DNA from: a virus
Taxonomy: Duplodnaviria > Caudoviricetes
Length of the DNA: 64,000 nt
Virus record (IMG/VR): IMGVR_UViG_3300028048_000102
Span: 31,568 to 95,567 of that record
Reading direction: 5' to 3' (one strand)
The notes under the pieces were generated by a model. That model was not told the origin of the DNA and made no database searches. It saw only the letters and a list, made by a program, of their open reading frames with translations. The first letter of the stretch is position 1, and each line of letters opens with the position of its first letter. This document shows positions 18,078 through 27,959 of this stretch, piece after piece. The position numbers and the translations under genes are program-made.

Positions 18078-20237
18078 ATGCAATTAAACTTAGAGAATTA
18101 TCTAGCTTTAGAACCGCTAGTGCGTACTGGAAACATGACTATCTATACAAAAGATATTAATGCCCAGAACTGGAACCAGTATTATACTGGATGTCTCAAT
18201 CTTATGAAAGATGGTATTGAAGATACTTTCGTACAGAAGTCTAAGATTAGGATTGTATTTCCTGATGGTAGAGGATGTAATCTTACTATTATTGACTTCT
18301 TCTTTAATTGTATCATGTGGTACATGATTGTAGGAGCTGGAAGAGTAATAGAACCAAAACACTTGTTCTATAATCCAAACGCTCTTACTAAAAAGGATAT
18401 TAAGAATTACATTGATAAATATGTAATCATTCCTAACAGAGAGATTATGAAGTCTAAGGACTTGAATAACATGATCGATGATGCATTATTCAAGTATATG
18501 GATGTAGATAATTTTTCTCTGTTCCTGGGGTCTACTATAAATCTTGAGGATAATATAAACCTCATGGATGCATCTCCTGAATTTAAAGAATTGATGAATA
18601 CAGATCTTTCTAATATACCAATTGAAGATGTAAAAGATGTTGGTATGAAGCTTACTAATAAAGCAATAGAATATATAATTCATTCTAAAGAAATCATGGG
18701 GTATGAGCATTGTTTAGCTGATACATTCCGTTCTAAAGAAGGAACTAAAATAAATCAATATAAAGAATTTGCAGTTAGTATTGGTACTAAACCTGATGGA
18801 AAAGGTGGAGCTTATCCAATAGCTATTAATAAATCTTATATCAATGGTGGCTTTAGAGGTAATTTGTGCTATCAGCTTATGGATTCTAATACAGCTAGAT
18901 TTGCACAGATTATAACTAAGAATAACGTAGGTGATTCAGGTAACTTTGCACGTATTATTGGATGGAATTCTATAGATACTATTCTTAGAGATGATCCAGA
19001 ATATAGCTGTAATACTAAGAATTTACTTCGTATTGAAATTAAGAATAAGAAGATTCTTGAGAGATTTAGAGATAGATGGTTTAGAAAAGATCCAGAAGGT
19101 GTAGAATATTTATGTGATGGAGAAGATGAGAGCTTAATTGGACAGACTCTGTATTTCCGTTCACCTGAATTCTGTGAATCACATGCTCATGGTAATGGAG
19201 TATGTTTCCGTTGCTATGGTAAGTTAGCATATAATAATAGATATTTGAATATTGGTAAGATAGCAGCAGAGTTGATTACTTCTATCTTAACTCAGATGAG
19301 ATTATCAGCTAAACATCTGCTTGAAACTAAGATTAGAAAGTTTAGCTGGAATGAAGCATTCTATAAGTTTATTGATGTTAATGATAATATACTATTATTA
19401 AACAATGATCTTGAGTTTAATCCAAGTTGGTTTATCTTAATAGATCCAGTTGATATTTGTCAAGAAAATGAATTGGATTATGATTCAGTAGACTATACTG
19501 ATATTGCATCATTAGATGAAAAAGATGATGATTTTGATGATGATAATATTGAGTCTGACTTTAATGAGTATGTATCTAGATTCTATATTGGAAATGAGTC
19601 TGGAGAAATATTTGAGATTGCTGGTAATGAAGAGCAATATCATATGTATATTACTAATACATTGAATAAACTTATTAGAAGTAGTAATATTGCTGAAAAT
19701 GGTATGATTAAGATTACTTTTGATGATGCTGAGTCTGCATCCTTATTCTGCTTAAAGATTGAGAATGATGACTTAGGTAAATCATTAGATGATATCAAAC
19801 AGTTGATAGATAAGAAGTCTGTAACTACTTTACATGATGCACATTCTCTTACACAAGCTGTATTAGAAGCTGCAATTGATGGTGGAATAGATGTAATGTC
19901 TGTACACTTTGAGATTCTGATTATGAATCAGATCAGAAGCATAATATCAAATCTTAAGAAACCAGATTGGAATATTCCAAATGAACCATATAGAGTACTC
20001 ACATTGAAGGAATCTTTAAGTGATAATCCTTCTGTAACTATTTCTATGATTTATCAGAATTTGAGTAGACTCTTAGTAAGACCTCTTACTTATAAGAAGA
20101 CTGCTCCATCCTTTGTAGATGTATTCTTTATGAGAGAACCTCAGAACTTTATGACTGATACATCTAACCTTATTGATACTAGTATCAAACCTAGAAAGGT
20201 TAAACCATTCATTAGAGTTCATAGAAGAAAACGTTAA
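18078..20237 (+). CDS. multisubunit RNA polymerase beta' C-terminal half (probably non-virion RNAP)
   Basis: Bridge-helix-like GDSGNFAR; Zn site RSPEFC..GVCFRCYG; trigger-loop-like IGKIAAE..TQMRLSAKH; HFEILI. Lacks the DFDGD catalytic motif. Confidence 0.85.
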   Translation: MQLNLENYLALEPLVRTGNMTIYTKDINAQNWNQYYTGCLNLMKDGIEDTFVQKSKIRIVFPDGRGCNLTIIDFFFNCIMWYMIVGAGRVIEPKHLFYNPNALTKKDIKNYIDKYVIIPNREIMKSKDLNNMIDDALFKYMDVDNFSLFLGSTINLEDNINLMDASPEFKELMNTDLSNIPIEDVKDVGMKLTNKAIEYIIHSKEIMGYEHCLADTFRSKEGTKINQYKEFAVSIGTKPDGKGGAYPIAINKSYINGGFRGNLCYQLMDSNTARFAQIITKNNVGDSGNFARIIGWNSIDTILRDDPEYSCNTKNLLRIEIKNKKILERFRDRWFRKDPEGVEYLCDGEDESLIGQTLYFRSPEFCESHAHGNGVCFRCYGKLAYNNRYLNIGKIAAELITSILTQMRLSAKHLLETKIRKFSWNEAFYKFIDVNDNILLLNNDLEFNPSWFILIDPVDICQENELDYDSVDYTDIASLDEKDDDFDDDNIESDFNEYVSRFYIGNESGEIFEIAGNEEQYHMYITNTLNKLIRSSNIAENGMIKITFDDAESASLFCLKIENDDLGKSLDDIKQLIDKKSVTTLHDAHSLTQAVLEAAIDGGIDVMSVHFEILIMNQIRSIISNLKKPDWNIPNEPYRVLTLKESLSDNPSVTISMIYQNLSRLLVRPLTYKKTAPSFVDVFFMREPQNFMTDTSNLIDTSIKPRKVKPFIRVHRRKR

Positions 20238-20286
20238 TAGATTACCCAGAGGGAATTTCCCTCTGGGTTATTTTAAAGGAGTAAAT

Positions 20287-20721
20287 ATGACTTATTTATA
20301 CTTGGCTATAACTGAAGATGATCAAGATATGGGAGTATTTACAGATGTAAAAGACTGTATAAAATATTTGGTATCCTTAGGGCAAGGTCCATCAGATTAT
20401 ATAGAAGTACCATTGAATCCTGAGATACCATATAAGAATATGTATAAAATATTTGATGGATATGTAAACTATTTCAGAGGTGATGTTGCATTACATGAGT
20501 TTAGCATTACATCTGGTAATATAACATATGCCAATCCAGTCAATGTATTTCAACCAGCAGCAAATACTGAATGTGAAAATAATATACCAATTACATGGTA
20601 TTGTAGAATAATGGTTAGATCAGATCTAGCTAGTAAGATACAATCATTTTCTACATTTGTTATGAATACTGCTAAAGCTGAAATAGAAAAACGTATTAAA
20701 GAAATGCTAGGTGGTGTATAG
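20287..20721 (+). CDS. hypothetical protein
   Basis: Start revised to ATG 20287 (SD AAGGAG). Confidence 0.7.
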   Translation: MTYLYLAITEDDQDMGVFTDVKDCIKYLVSLGQGPSDYIEVPLNPEIPYKNMYKIFDGYVNYFRGDVALHEFSITSGNITYANPVNVFQPAANTECENNIPITWYCRIMVRSDLASKIQSFSTFVMNTAKAEIEKRIKEMLGGV

Positions 20722-22279
20722 AATGAGAATCTTGATAAAGCGTAGTACTATTATCATAGAAGATTACGTACTTGGTAATTGTACAAAGCTTGAAAGATCA
20801 TTTATGATATTTGATAAAGTATACCATCGATATAATTGGAAGGGTGCATACTATTCTCAAGATGAGCATAGATTGTATCTTCCAAGAGGAGTAAATATTG
20901 GATGGTTAGAGCATCTATTAGAATGCCCATCTTATATGGAAGAAGAGTTTGACCCTATAGATCAAATATCTCCAGTAATGATAAAGTATCTTCCAAGAGA
21001 TAAAGATCAAGAGACTGCTTTAGAGTTTATTCTTGGTAATGGGGATTATCTTGCTAATAGATATAAACCTCAGTTATCTGTAAATCTTAATACTGGTAAG
21101 GGTAAAACTTATGTTACAATAGCAGCATCTTCATTTCTATTAGTTAGAACCATTATGATTACATCTAATATAGATTGGATTAATCAATGGAGAGATTGTA
21201 TATTGGAATATACAGATACTAAGCCAGAAGAGATTTATATAATTGCTGGAGCTATTAGTATTACTAAGCTTAAGAGAGGTATTCATGATATCTCTAAGAT
21301 TAAATTTATTTTGGCATCTCATTCTACTATTCAATCGTATGCTTCTAAACATGGTTGGCCAGCAGTAGGAGAGTTATTTAGATTTCTTAAAGTAGGATTT
21401 AAAGTATATGATGAAGCTCATTTGTATTTTGATAATATCTGTATGATAGACTTCTTTACAAATACATATAGAAGTATTTATCTTACTGCAACTCCTGCTA
21501 GAAGTGATAGAAATGAAAATCAAATCTATCAGAAATCTTTGAAAGCTATGCCTAAGATAGACTTATTCCATCCAGATGATGATCCACATACTCAATACAT
21601 ATCTATACAGTATAATACACATCCAAATCCATATGAACTCAATAACTGTTCTACTGGATATGGATTTAGTATGATTAAGTATGCTGGATATGTAGTACAT
21701 AAACCTATCTTTTATAAGATGCTTTATATCGTAATCGATATGTGTCTTAAGGTAGATGGAAAAGTTCTTATGTATATTGGTACTATAGATAGTATATTAC
21801 AGATATACAATTGGATGATGCAAGCGTTTCCTTTCTTATATGGAAATATTGGAATATATAATTCTAGTATTCCTAAAGAGGAAAAAGAGTTTCAGTTAGA
21901 AAAGAAGTTTATTCTTACTACTACAAAATCTTGTGGAGCTGCTATGGATATTAAAGGTCTTAAAGTAACTGTATTAGCAGCAGAACCATTTAAGAGTGAA
22001 GTATTAGCAAGACAAACTTTGGGTAGAACAAGAGATGAAAATACTTCATATATAGAACTTGTAGATACAGGATTTGGTGCAATTAGGAACTACTACTATA
22101 AGAAATTAAAGGTATTTAATAAATATGCTACTCAATGCAGCAATATCTTGTTAAATGACCATCTAATTAATGAGAAGTATACTGAGTTGTATTGGAAGTA
22201 CAATGAGAGAACTCTTGTATATTTAGAGGAAATGAAGAAAGGATTACCTAAAGTATTCCATCATGTTAAAAAGGAGTAA
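20711..22279 (+). CDS. superfamily 2 DExH helicase
   Basis: Walker A TGKGKT, DEAH, TATP, QTLGRTR. Confidence 0.9.
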   Translation: MVYRMRILIKRSTIIIEDYVLGNCTKLERSFMIFDKVYHRYNWKGAYYSQDEHRLYLPRGVNIGWLEHLLECPSYMEEEFDPIDQISPVMIKYLPRDKDQETALEFILGNGDYLANRYKPQLSVNLNTGKGKTYVTIAASSFLLVRTIMITSNIDWINQWRDCILEYTDTKPEEIYIIAGAISITKLKRGIHDISKIKFILASHSTIQSYASKHGWPAVGELFRFLKVGFKVYDEAHLYFDNICMIDFFTNTYRSIYLTATPARSDRNENQIYQKSLKAMPKIDLFHPDDDPHTQYISIQYNTHPNPYELNNCSTGYGFSMIKYAGYVVHKPIFYKMLYIVIDMCLKVDGKVLMYIGTIDSILQIYNWMMQAFPFLYGNIGIYNSSIPKEEKEFQLEKKFILTTTKSCGAAMDIKGLKVTVLAAEPFKSEVLARQTLGRTRDENTSYIELVDTGFGAIRNYYYKKLKVFNKYATQCSNILLNDHLINEKYTELYWKYNERTLVYLEEMKKGLPKVFHHVKKE

Positions 22280-22282
22280 TCT

Positions 22283-22483
22283 ATGAATGATAGGTATAGA
22301 ATGAAGATTAAATGTATAAGAAATATTGATTCTATTACAAAAAAAGAACTATTGAAAATTAATAGAAATGCATTATGTGGAGCTAATTCTGTAATACCAG
22401 GAATGATAGTACAACAATTACAAGATAGTAGAATTAATATATTATATTTGGGCGATGATGTAAACTTTGATAAGAAGGAGTAA
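22283..22483 (+). CDS. small hypothetical protein (starts MNDR)
   Basis: SD AAGGAG. Confidence 0.6.
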   Translation: MNDRYRMKIKCIRNIDSITKKELLKINRNALCGANSVIPGMIVQQLQDSRINILYLGDDVNFDKKE

Positions 22484-22489
22484 ATTATT

Positions 22490-22648
22490 ATGAATAAAAG
22501 AAATTGTATGATATCCAAAGCTTATAAATTATGTGATCCATTTATTGGTAGTAAAAAAGTATTGAAACAAATAAAAAGATTATATGATTTGACTGATTCA
22601 TATCTATTATTTAAAAAGCATAAGAAACTTAAATATCTTAAAATGTAA
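22490..22648 (+). CDS. small basic protein (starts MNKR, 52 aa)
   Basis: SD AAGGAG; below the ORF-track cutoff. Confidence 0.55.
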   Translation: MNKRNCMISKAYKLCDPFIGSKKVLKQIKRLYDLTDSYLLFKKHKKLKYLKM

Positions 22649-22667
22649 CTTTTTAAGGAGACTATAT

Positions 22668-22901
22668 ATGAATAATAGACTAAGATTAAGAAGACGCTAT
22701 CTTAAATATATGCCTGAAAGTATATATCAGCAATTATTTGTTGATAATGAGCCTTGGAGATATCTAAAGATAGAATCTAGATTAGATTCAGAATTTGTTT
22801 ATTTAAAGCATGCCAATAAATCTATGAGGGAAACAAATTACTTTGGATTACCTCATAGAAAAGAATTTGAAAAAAGAATAAAGGAAGGTAGATTAGTATG
22901 A
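22668..22901 (+). CDS. small basic protein (starts MNNR)
   Basis: SD AAGGAG. Confidence 0.65.
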   Translation: MNNRLRLRRRYLKYMPESIYQQLFVDNEPWRYLKIESRLDSEFVYLKHANKSMRETNYFGLPHRKEFEKRIKEGRLV

Positions 22902-23137
22902 ATAATCGATTAGTTTCTAGAGTTAAAGCATTGAATTTCACAGTAGATAATTTTCCTGAGTTTGTTGATGCACACGCTAGAAGATATTTTAATAAAAGAA
23001 TGGAATTAGTATCTTCATTGATGAAAAGAGATATTATTAGAGTGGCTAGTAAATGTATTACTAGGCCTAAGTTCCAAAAGAAATTAGATGAGATGATAGA
23101 AACTAGAAAATCATTTCTGTTTAGAATTGGAGAATAA
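22898..23137 (+). CDS. small basic protein (starts MNNR)
   Basis: ATGA overlap with the upstream gene. Confidence 0.65.
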   Translation: MNNRLVSRVKALNFTVDNFPEFVDAHARRYFNKRMELVSSLMKRDIIRVASKCITRPKFQKKLDEMIETRKSFLFRIGE

Positions 23138-23243
23138 ATAAAAATTAATAAATTTATATCATGTATAGGAATTATGGCAATGGTTTTGATTTGTTGTGGA
23201 TAGAATCAAGATATATTATCTATGTTCCTAGAGGTGTAATTCT

Positions 23244-23435
23244 ATGGAAGAATATAATAATATTTCAAAAGAAGAACTAATATCTGAAATTGAAAGATTG
23301 AGAATAGAGAATACTAATCTACGAAATCATATTAGTTTATATATATCTGTGCTATCTAGTATAAGAGATGTAACTAAAAAATATGCTCCAGAAATATCTA
23401 AATGTATGAGCAATCATAACTCTAGTATTAGCTAA
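23244..23435 (+). CDS. small coiled-coil protein
   Basis: SD GAGGTG; ELISEIERLRIENTNLR. Confidence 0.6.
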   Translation: MEEYNNISKEELISEIERLRIENTNLRNHISLYISVLSSIRDVTKKYAPEISKCMSNHNSSIS

Positions 23436-23608
23436 TAAAAAATAAAGGGTATTATATTTGCCCTTTATTTTTTATTATTAGAGTACTTCCCATTTTAAGG
23501 ATAAGTAATTTTATAGTATATAACCAACATAAAATTAGTGGTTAAAATATTCAATGATTTGTAGTATACTAGCTATCAAACTCACTAGGTATACGAACAA
23601 GCAGTGTG

Positions 23609-23632
23609 TCCCTCTACCGAAAGGTAGAGGGA
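23609..23632 (+). terminator. hairpin with GAAA tetraloop, CCCTCTACC family
   Basis: TCCCTCTACC-GAAA-GGTAGAGGGA. Confidence 0.7.
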
Positions 23633-23694
23633 TATATTGTGTTAAATCTCCTTATTCTGACTGTATAGTAATCTTATAGAAAGGAGACTAGAAT

Positions 23695-25983
23695 ATGCCT
23701 GATAATGTTAATATAAGACCAGAGGCACAAGCTACTAATCAGAATGCTACTATAACTCCTACTAGGATATGCTATCAGATGAGTACCACAAATAAATCAT
23801 TTCTTAACATGCATTATTTGCTTAAGAGTATGGGTATTCAAAATAATAGATTCTTTTTAGCGTTACTTGATCCAGATTTAGCAGGTATATCTCCATTTGA
23901 TCCTAATCTTTCATTTATGATGAAACAAAAGGTTCTTAGAGAGGTTACTAATAATTTCTGGTACTTTATACGAGAAGTAGTAAGAATTCCTACTCAAGGT
24001 GTTCCAGGTGGTGTTCCATTTGGATTACATAGAGCTAATCTTGCAATGTATTTTTGTATGATGTACAATCTAGATGTATTTGAAGAGATTCCTCGTCAGC
24101 TTGGTAAAACCATTGCTGCAGTTATAAGATATCTTTGGATATATAACTTTGGTACATCGTATTCTGAAATATCATTCTTGAATAAGAAATTGGTAGATAG
24201 TAAGCTTAACTTGTCTCGTCTTAAAGAAATAAGAAGTCTATTACCTACATATCTTCAGATGGACCAAACTTTTACTGAAAATGGTAAGAAGATAAAAGGT
24301 AGAGATACAGTAGAGTTTATTCATAATATTAATAACTCTAATGAGATTAAAGCAAGTGCATCTGCAAAATCAGAAGTATTAGCAGCATCATTGCTCCGTG
24401 GTCGTACTCTTCCATTACTATGGGCGGACGAGTGGGCATTTATACCATTCAATATGACCATATTTATTAATGCAGTTCCAGCTATTAAAACTGCTAAGAT
24501 GAATGCAGCTAAGATGGGTAAACCATATGGTATTCTTCTTACTACAACTGCTGGTATGCTTACTACACAAGAAGGTGTAGCTGCTAATGAGATGAGAAAA
24601 GATGCTACTAAGTTCCATGAAAGATGGTATGATCTTACATATAATCAAATCATGGAGATTATAAATGCTAATCTCAAATCAAACTTTGTATATATTAAAT
24701 TTAACTATCAGCAGTTAGGTAAAGATGAAAGATGGTTTGCTTCTGCTTGTAAAGACATGCTTTGGAACTGGTCTGAAATACGTCGAGAAATTCTACTCGA
24801 ATGGAGAGAAAGTTCCGAGAACTGTCCATTTACAAATGAAGAACTTGAAACTATTAAGAACTATTGTAGAGAACCAGTTGATTCTAAGCTTATAATGAAT
24901 AAGTATATATTGAATATCTATAATAATCAGATTCCATTAAGACCAGACTATGTACCTAAATATCCTCCTATAATTGGAGTCGACGTATCTGGTGGTTATT
25001 ATCATGATTCATCTGCTTTAACTATAGTAGATTCTAGAACTACAGAAGTTATTGCAGATTTCCAAGATAATTCAATATCTCCAATAGACTTAGCTAGATT
25101 TATCTATGAAGTAGTTCATAGATATTATCCAAATGCTGTTATAAATGTAGAAAGAAATGGAGGTTATGGTGCATCAGTTATTGCAAAACTATTAGAGACC
25201 GACTTAAAACCTAATCTTTATTTCGAGATTAAAGATAGAATTATTGAAGAAAAGAATGATGGAATCCGAGTAGTAAAGAAGAAGCAAAAGACCAAAGTAT
25301 TTGGTTTAGATTCTTCTAAGGATAAACGTGACTTACTTATTGAAATTCTTAGAGAAAGAGTTCAATATCATAAAGATAAGTTTGTATCTCCTAATCTTCA
25401 TGATGAAATGCAACATATGGAAACTAAGAGAAATGGTAAAGTAGAACATTCATCTACTTCACATGATGACCAGGTATTCTCTTATCTTATGGCTCTGTAT
25501 GTATGGTATGAAGGTGTTGAGCTTAGAGAAAGATATAACATTCAGAAATCTGCTATTAAGACAGATGATGATATTGATGAGCCTATTAATAATGTAGTAG
25601 ATAATAATTCTCCTATAATAGAAGAAATTGAATTTATTCAAAGAGATAAAGATGATGAAACTGCTAATATGATTAATGTACTGAAACAAGGTTCTGGTAT
25701 ATTGCTCAAAGACTTTATTATGAGAGAGCGTAAGAAGGAAGAAGAAGCATTTAAACTTCTTATGCAGAACAAAGCTGTTGTAAGAGCAGTTGCTCAAAAC
25801 AATGGCATAACTGAAGATGAAATAAATCAGATATACAATACTGGTAAGACTATTCCAGATTCAGTTCTCAATTCATTTAATACAATGGATGGAGAAACTG
25901 ACTTTATGCAGAATGATGAATATGCTATTGCTAGAAATATATTATCACAATTAGAAACTTATGAAAGATCATCGATGAGATAA
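23695..25983 (+). CDS. terL: terminase large subunit
   Basis: Walker A PRQLGKT, Walker B LLWADE, RNase H-like nuclease IIGVDVSGG...NVERN...HDDQVFS. Confidence 0.9.
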   Translation: MPDNVNIRPEAQATNQNATITPTRICYQMSTTNKSFLNMHYLLKSMGIQNNRFFLALLDPDLAGISPFDPNLSFMMKQKVLREVTNNFWYFIREVVRIPTQGVPGGVPFGLHRANLAMYFCMMYNLDVFEEIPRQLGKTIAAVIRYLWIYNFGTSYSEISFLNKKLVDSKLNLSRLKEIRSLLPTYLQMDQTFTENGKKIKGRDTVEFIHNINNSNEIKASASAKSEVLAASLLRGRTLPLLWADEWAFIPFNMTIFINAVPAIKTAKMNAAKMGKPYGILLTTTAGMLTTQEGVAANEMRKDATKFHERWYDLTYNQIMEIINANLKSNFVYIKFNYQQLGKDERWFASACKDMLWNWSEIRREILLEWRESSENCPFTNEELETIKNYCREPVDSKLIMNKYILNIYNNQIPLRPDYVPKYPPIIGVDVSGGYYHDSSALTIVDSRTTEVIADFQDNSISPIDLARFIYEVVHRYYPNAVINVERNGGYGASVIAKLLETDLKPNLYFEIKDRIIEEKNDGIRVVKKKQKTKVFGLDSSKDKRDLLIEILRERVQYHKDKFVSPNLHDEMQHMETKRNGKVEHSSTSHDDQVFSYLMALYVWYEGVELRERYNIQKSAIKTDDDIDEPINNVVDNNSPIIEEIEFIQRDKDDETANMINVLKQGSGILLKDFIMRERKKEEEAFKLLMQNKAVVRAVAQNNGITEDEINQIYNTGKTIPDSVLNSFNTMDGETDFMQNDEYAIARNILSQLETYERSSMR

Positions 25984-25995
25984 TATGTAACACAT

Positions 25996-26031
25996 CATAT
26001 ACCCCTCTGGAATGATCCAGAGGGGTATATG
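25996..26031. terminator. hairpin terminator
   Basis: CATATACCCCTCTGGA / TCCAGAGGGGTATATG. Confidence 0.75.
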
Positions 26032-26161
26032 CAGATTCGATGTATAATAGTTTGGGAGAAAATAAAATGAAAATTTAATTGTATCCTTACTATTAAGTCA
26101 ATATTAAAAAGCTATTCATATTGAAACCATAAATAAAATACCATAAGGAGGGAATATTTAA

Positions 26162-26929
26162 ATGGGTTCATTTTTACAAAACTCTAGAGCATATAATATT
26201 AAAGCAGAAACTGAACTGGCAGTTATATTATCTCATTTTGATGAATCATATATTTATAATGTAATAGATGATAATATAAATATGCTTAACCAACAGTTTA
26301 ATTCTGTTCCAATGCCTAATATTACTAATAGCTTTGAAGATAATTTCAAAGCATTACATTTACATTATCCAGAAAAAAGAGAGGAAATAATTCAGACTAG
26401 ATATGATACATATTATCAGATTATTGATATGCTTTCTAAGAAGTTTCAATTTGAGTTTCGTCCGTCTGATGATATGGATATATATACAGTTGCTTATTAT
26501 ACATATGATTTTTTCTTAGCTAAGTATCATGCATTTATTGTAAAATTCTTAACTCATGTAATTGGAACTCAATGTGAAGTTCTTTATAATGCTTTAGGAA
26601 TGGAGCAGTTTAAGAAGAATAAAGATATTTCTACATCTGCAAATAAGCAATTGTATAAGAATCAACATCTTGCTATACTTTGTTCTAATATAGATATGGT
26701 TTGTACATATATTAAGGATATGGATTTCTCTATGGAGCAGATTCTTAATATCTGTTACGATAATAACTATACTACTGTATCTGTATTCTTACAGCATATT
26801 TTCCCTATCTATGATTTTTATAAAACTTATTATGCTACACTTTTATACAATGAAGCATTACATTCAGATATCATAGCATGTACACAATGGGAAATTCAAA
26901 GAAGATACTCTAATGTATCATTAGTATAA
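26162..26929 (+). CDS. hypothetical phage protein
   Basis: 255-aa ORF, strong SD. Confidence 0.8.
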   Translation: MGSFLQNSRAYNIKAETELAVILSHFDESYIYNVIDDNINMLNQQFNSVPMPNITNSFEDNFKALHLHYPEKREEIIQTRYDTYYQIIDMLSKKFQFEFRPSDDMDIYTVAYYTYDFFLAKYHAFIVKFLTHVIGTQCEVLYNALGMEQFKKNKDISTSANKQLYKNQHLAILCSNIDMVCTYIKDMDFSMEQILNICYDNNYTTVSVFLQHIFPIYDFYKTYYATLLYNEALHSDIIACTQWEIQRRYSNVSLV

Positions 26930-26945
26930 AGGAGAGATATAATAA

Positions 26946-27845
26946 ATGGGAACTATTTCAAGCATTATTTCTGAAGAGAGTAATCATCTTAAAAATCAGT
27001 ATGGATATTTTAATGAAGAAGAGTTAAATGAAGTAGTTGAAATTGCTGAAAAATATCATGAGGATAATACTTATGATTATAAAGCAAATATGAAACCTAC
27101 TACTCTTGCTAAACTTGTTAAAAATCTTGTTATAGACCATGAAGCTAATAAAGATAAGTTTATTACACAGGCTCTTGAAGAAATCTATCTTCTTGCCGAT
27201 ATAAATAAAGATAGAGAAGAGATTAAGAAGACTGTAGAAGAGAGTAAAGAAGATACTAAGAAGTTTCTTCAAGAATATATAGAGCATGAAAAACAGCAGA
27301 GAGAAATGATGGAGCATAATCTCTTAGAACAAGCTGAGAAATGTGAAAATGAAGATGAGAAGAAACGTATGATTGAAACTTCTCAGGCATATACAGATGG
27401 GTATACTTTTAAAAGATTTATTAAATATATTCAGTCTGAACAATATAAAAAGGATCTTAAGAAGAATTCTAAGTCTAAGCATGTTAAGAGATTATTTGAG
27501 GATTGTGACTACATTATATCTAAGATAGTAGGTCCATCTGGATATAATATGAATTTTACAAAAATAGCTGGGCAAATATATGCTGCAAGATATGGTTCTC
27601 TTAAAAAATATTATCATATAATAGATGATTTTATTGTAGCTTTAGTTCTTCATATATCTAAAACAGTTGATATATCTAATAGGGCTGATATGATGTATGC
27701 ATATAACGTAGCTTCAAATCTTAATCACCTCTTTAATATAAATGCTTTTGCAACTAACTTTGATAAAGAAAAAGATAAGTACTTCGAAGAAGCACTTGAT
27801 GCTTTTGTTGAGCTTCACACAAATGATGAAGCTAATGCTGGATAA
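26946..27845 (+). CDS. hypothetical phage protein, helical and charged
   Basis: 299-aa ORF, SD AAGGAG. Confidence 0.8.
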   Translation: MGTISSIISEESNHLKNQYGYFNEEELNEVVEIAEKYHEDNTYDYKANMKPTTLAKLVKNLVIDHEANKDKFITQALEEIYLLADINKDREEIKKTVEESKEDTKKFLQEYIEHEKQQREMMEHNLLEQAEKCENEDEKKRMIETSQAYTDGYTFKRFIKYIQSEQYKKDLKKNSKSKHVKRLFEDCDYIISKIVGPSGYNMNFTKIAGQIYAARYGSLKKYYHIIDDFIVALVLHISKTVDISNRADMMYAYNVASNLNHLFNINAFATNFDKEKDKYFEEALDAFVELHTNDEANAG

Positions 27846-27894
27846 TGCCTCACTTCCAGTATTACATTTTTCATTCTTTGTTTTACTCCTTTCA

Positions 27895-27924
27895 TCTCTC
27901 CAACCCAAATTTGGGTTGGAGAGA
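27895..27924. terminator. hairpin
   Basis: TCTCTCCAACCCAAA / TTTGGGTTGGAGAGA, abutting AACA-N6-TA at 27924-27935. Confidence 0.65.
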
Positions 27925-27959
27925 ACATTTGTGTAAAATGTATAAAGGAGGAGAAACTA

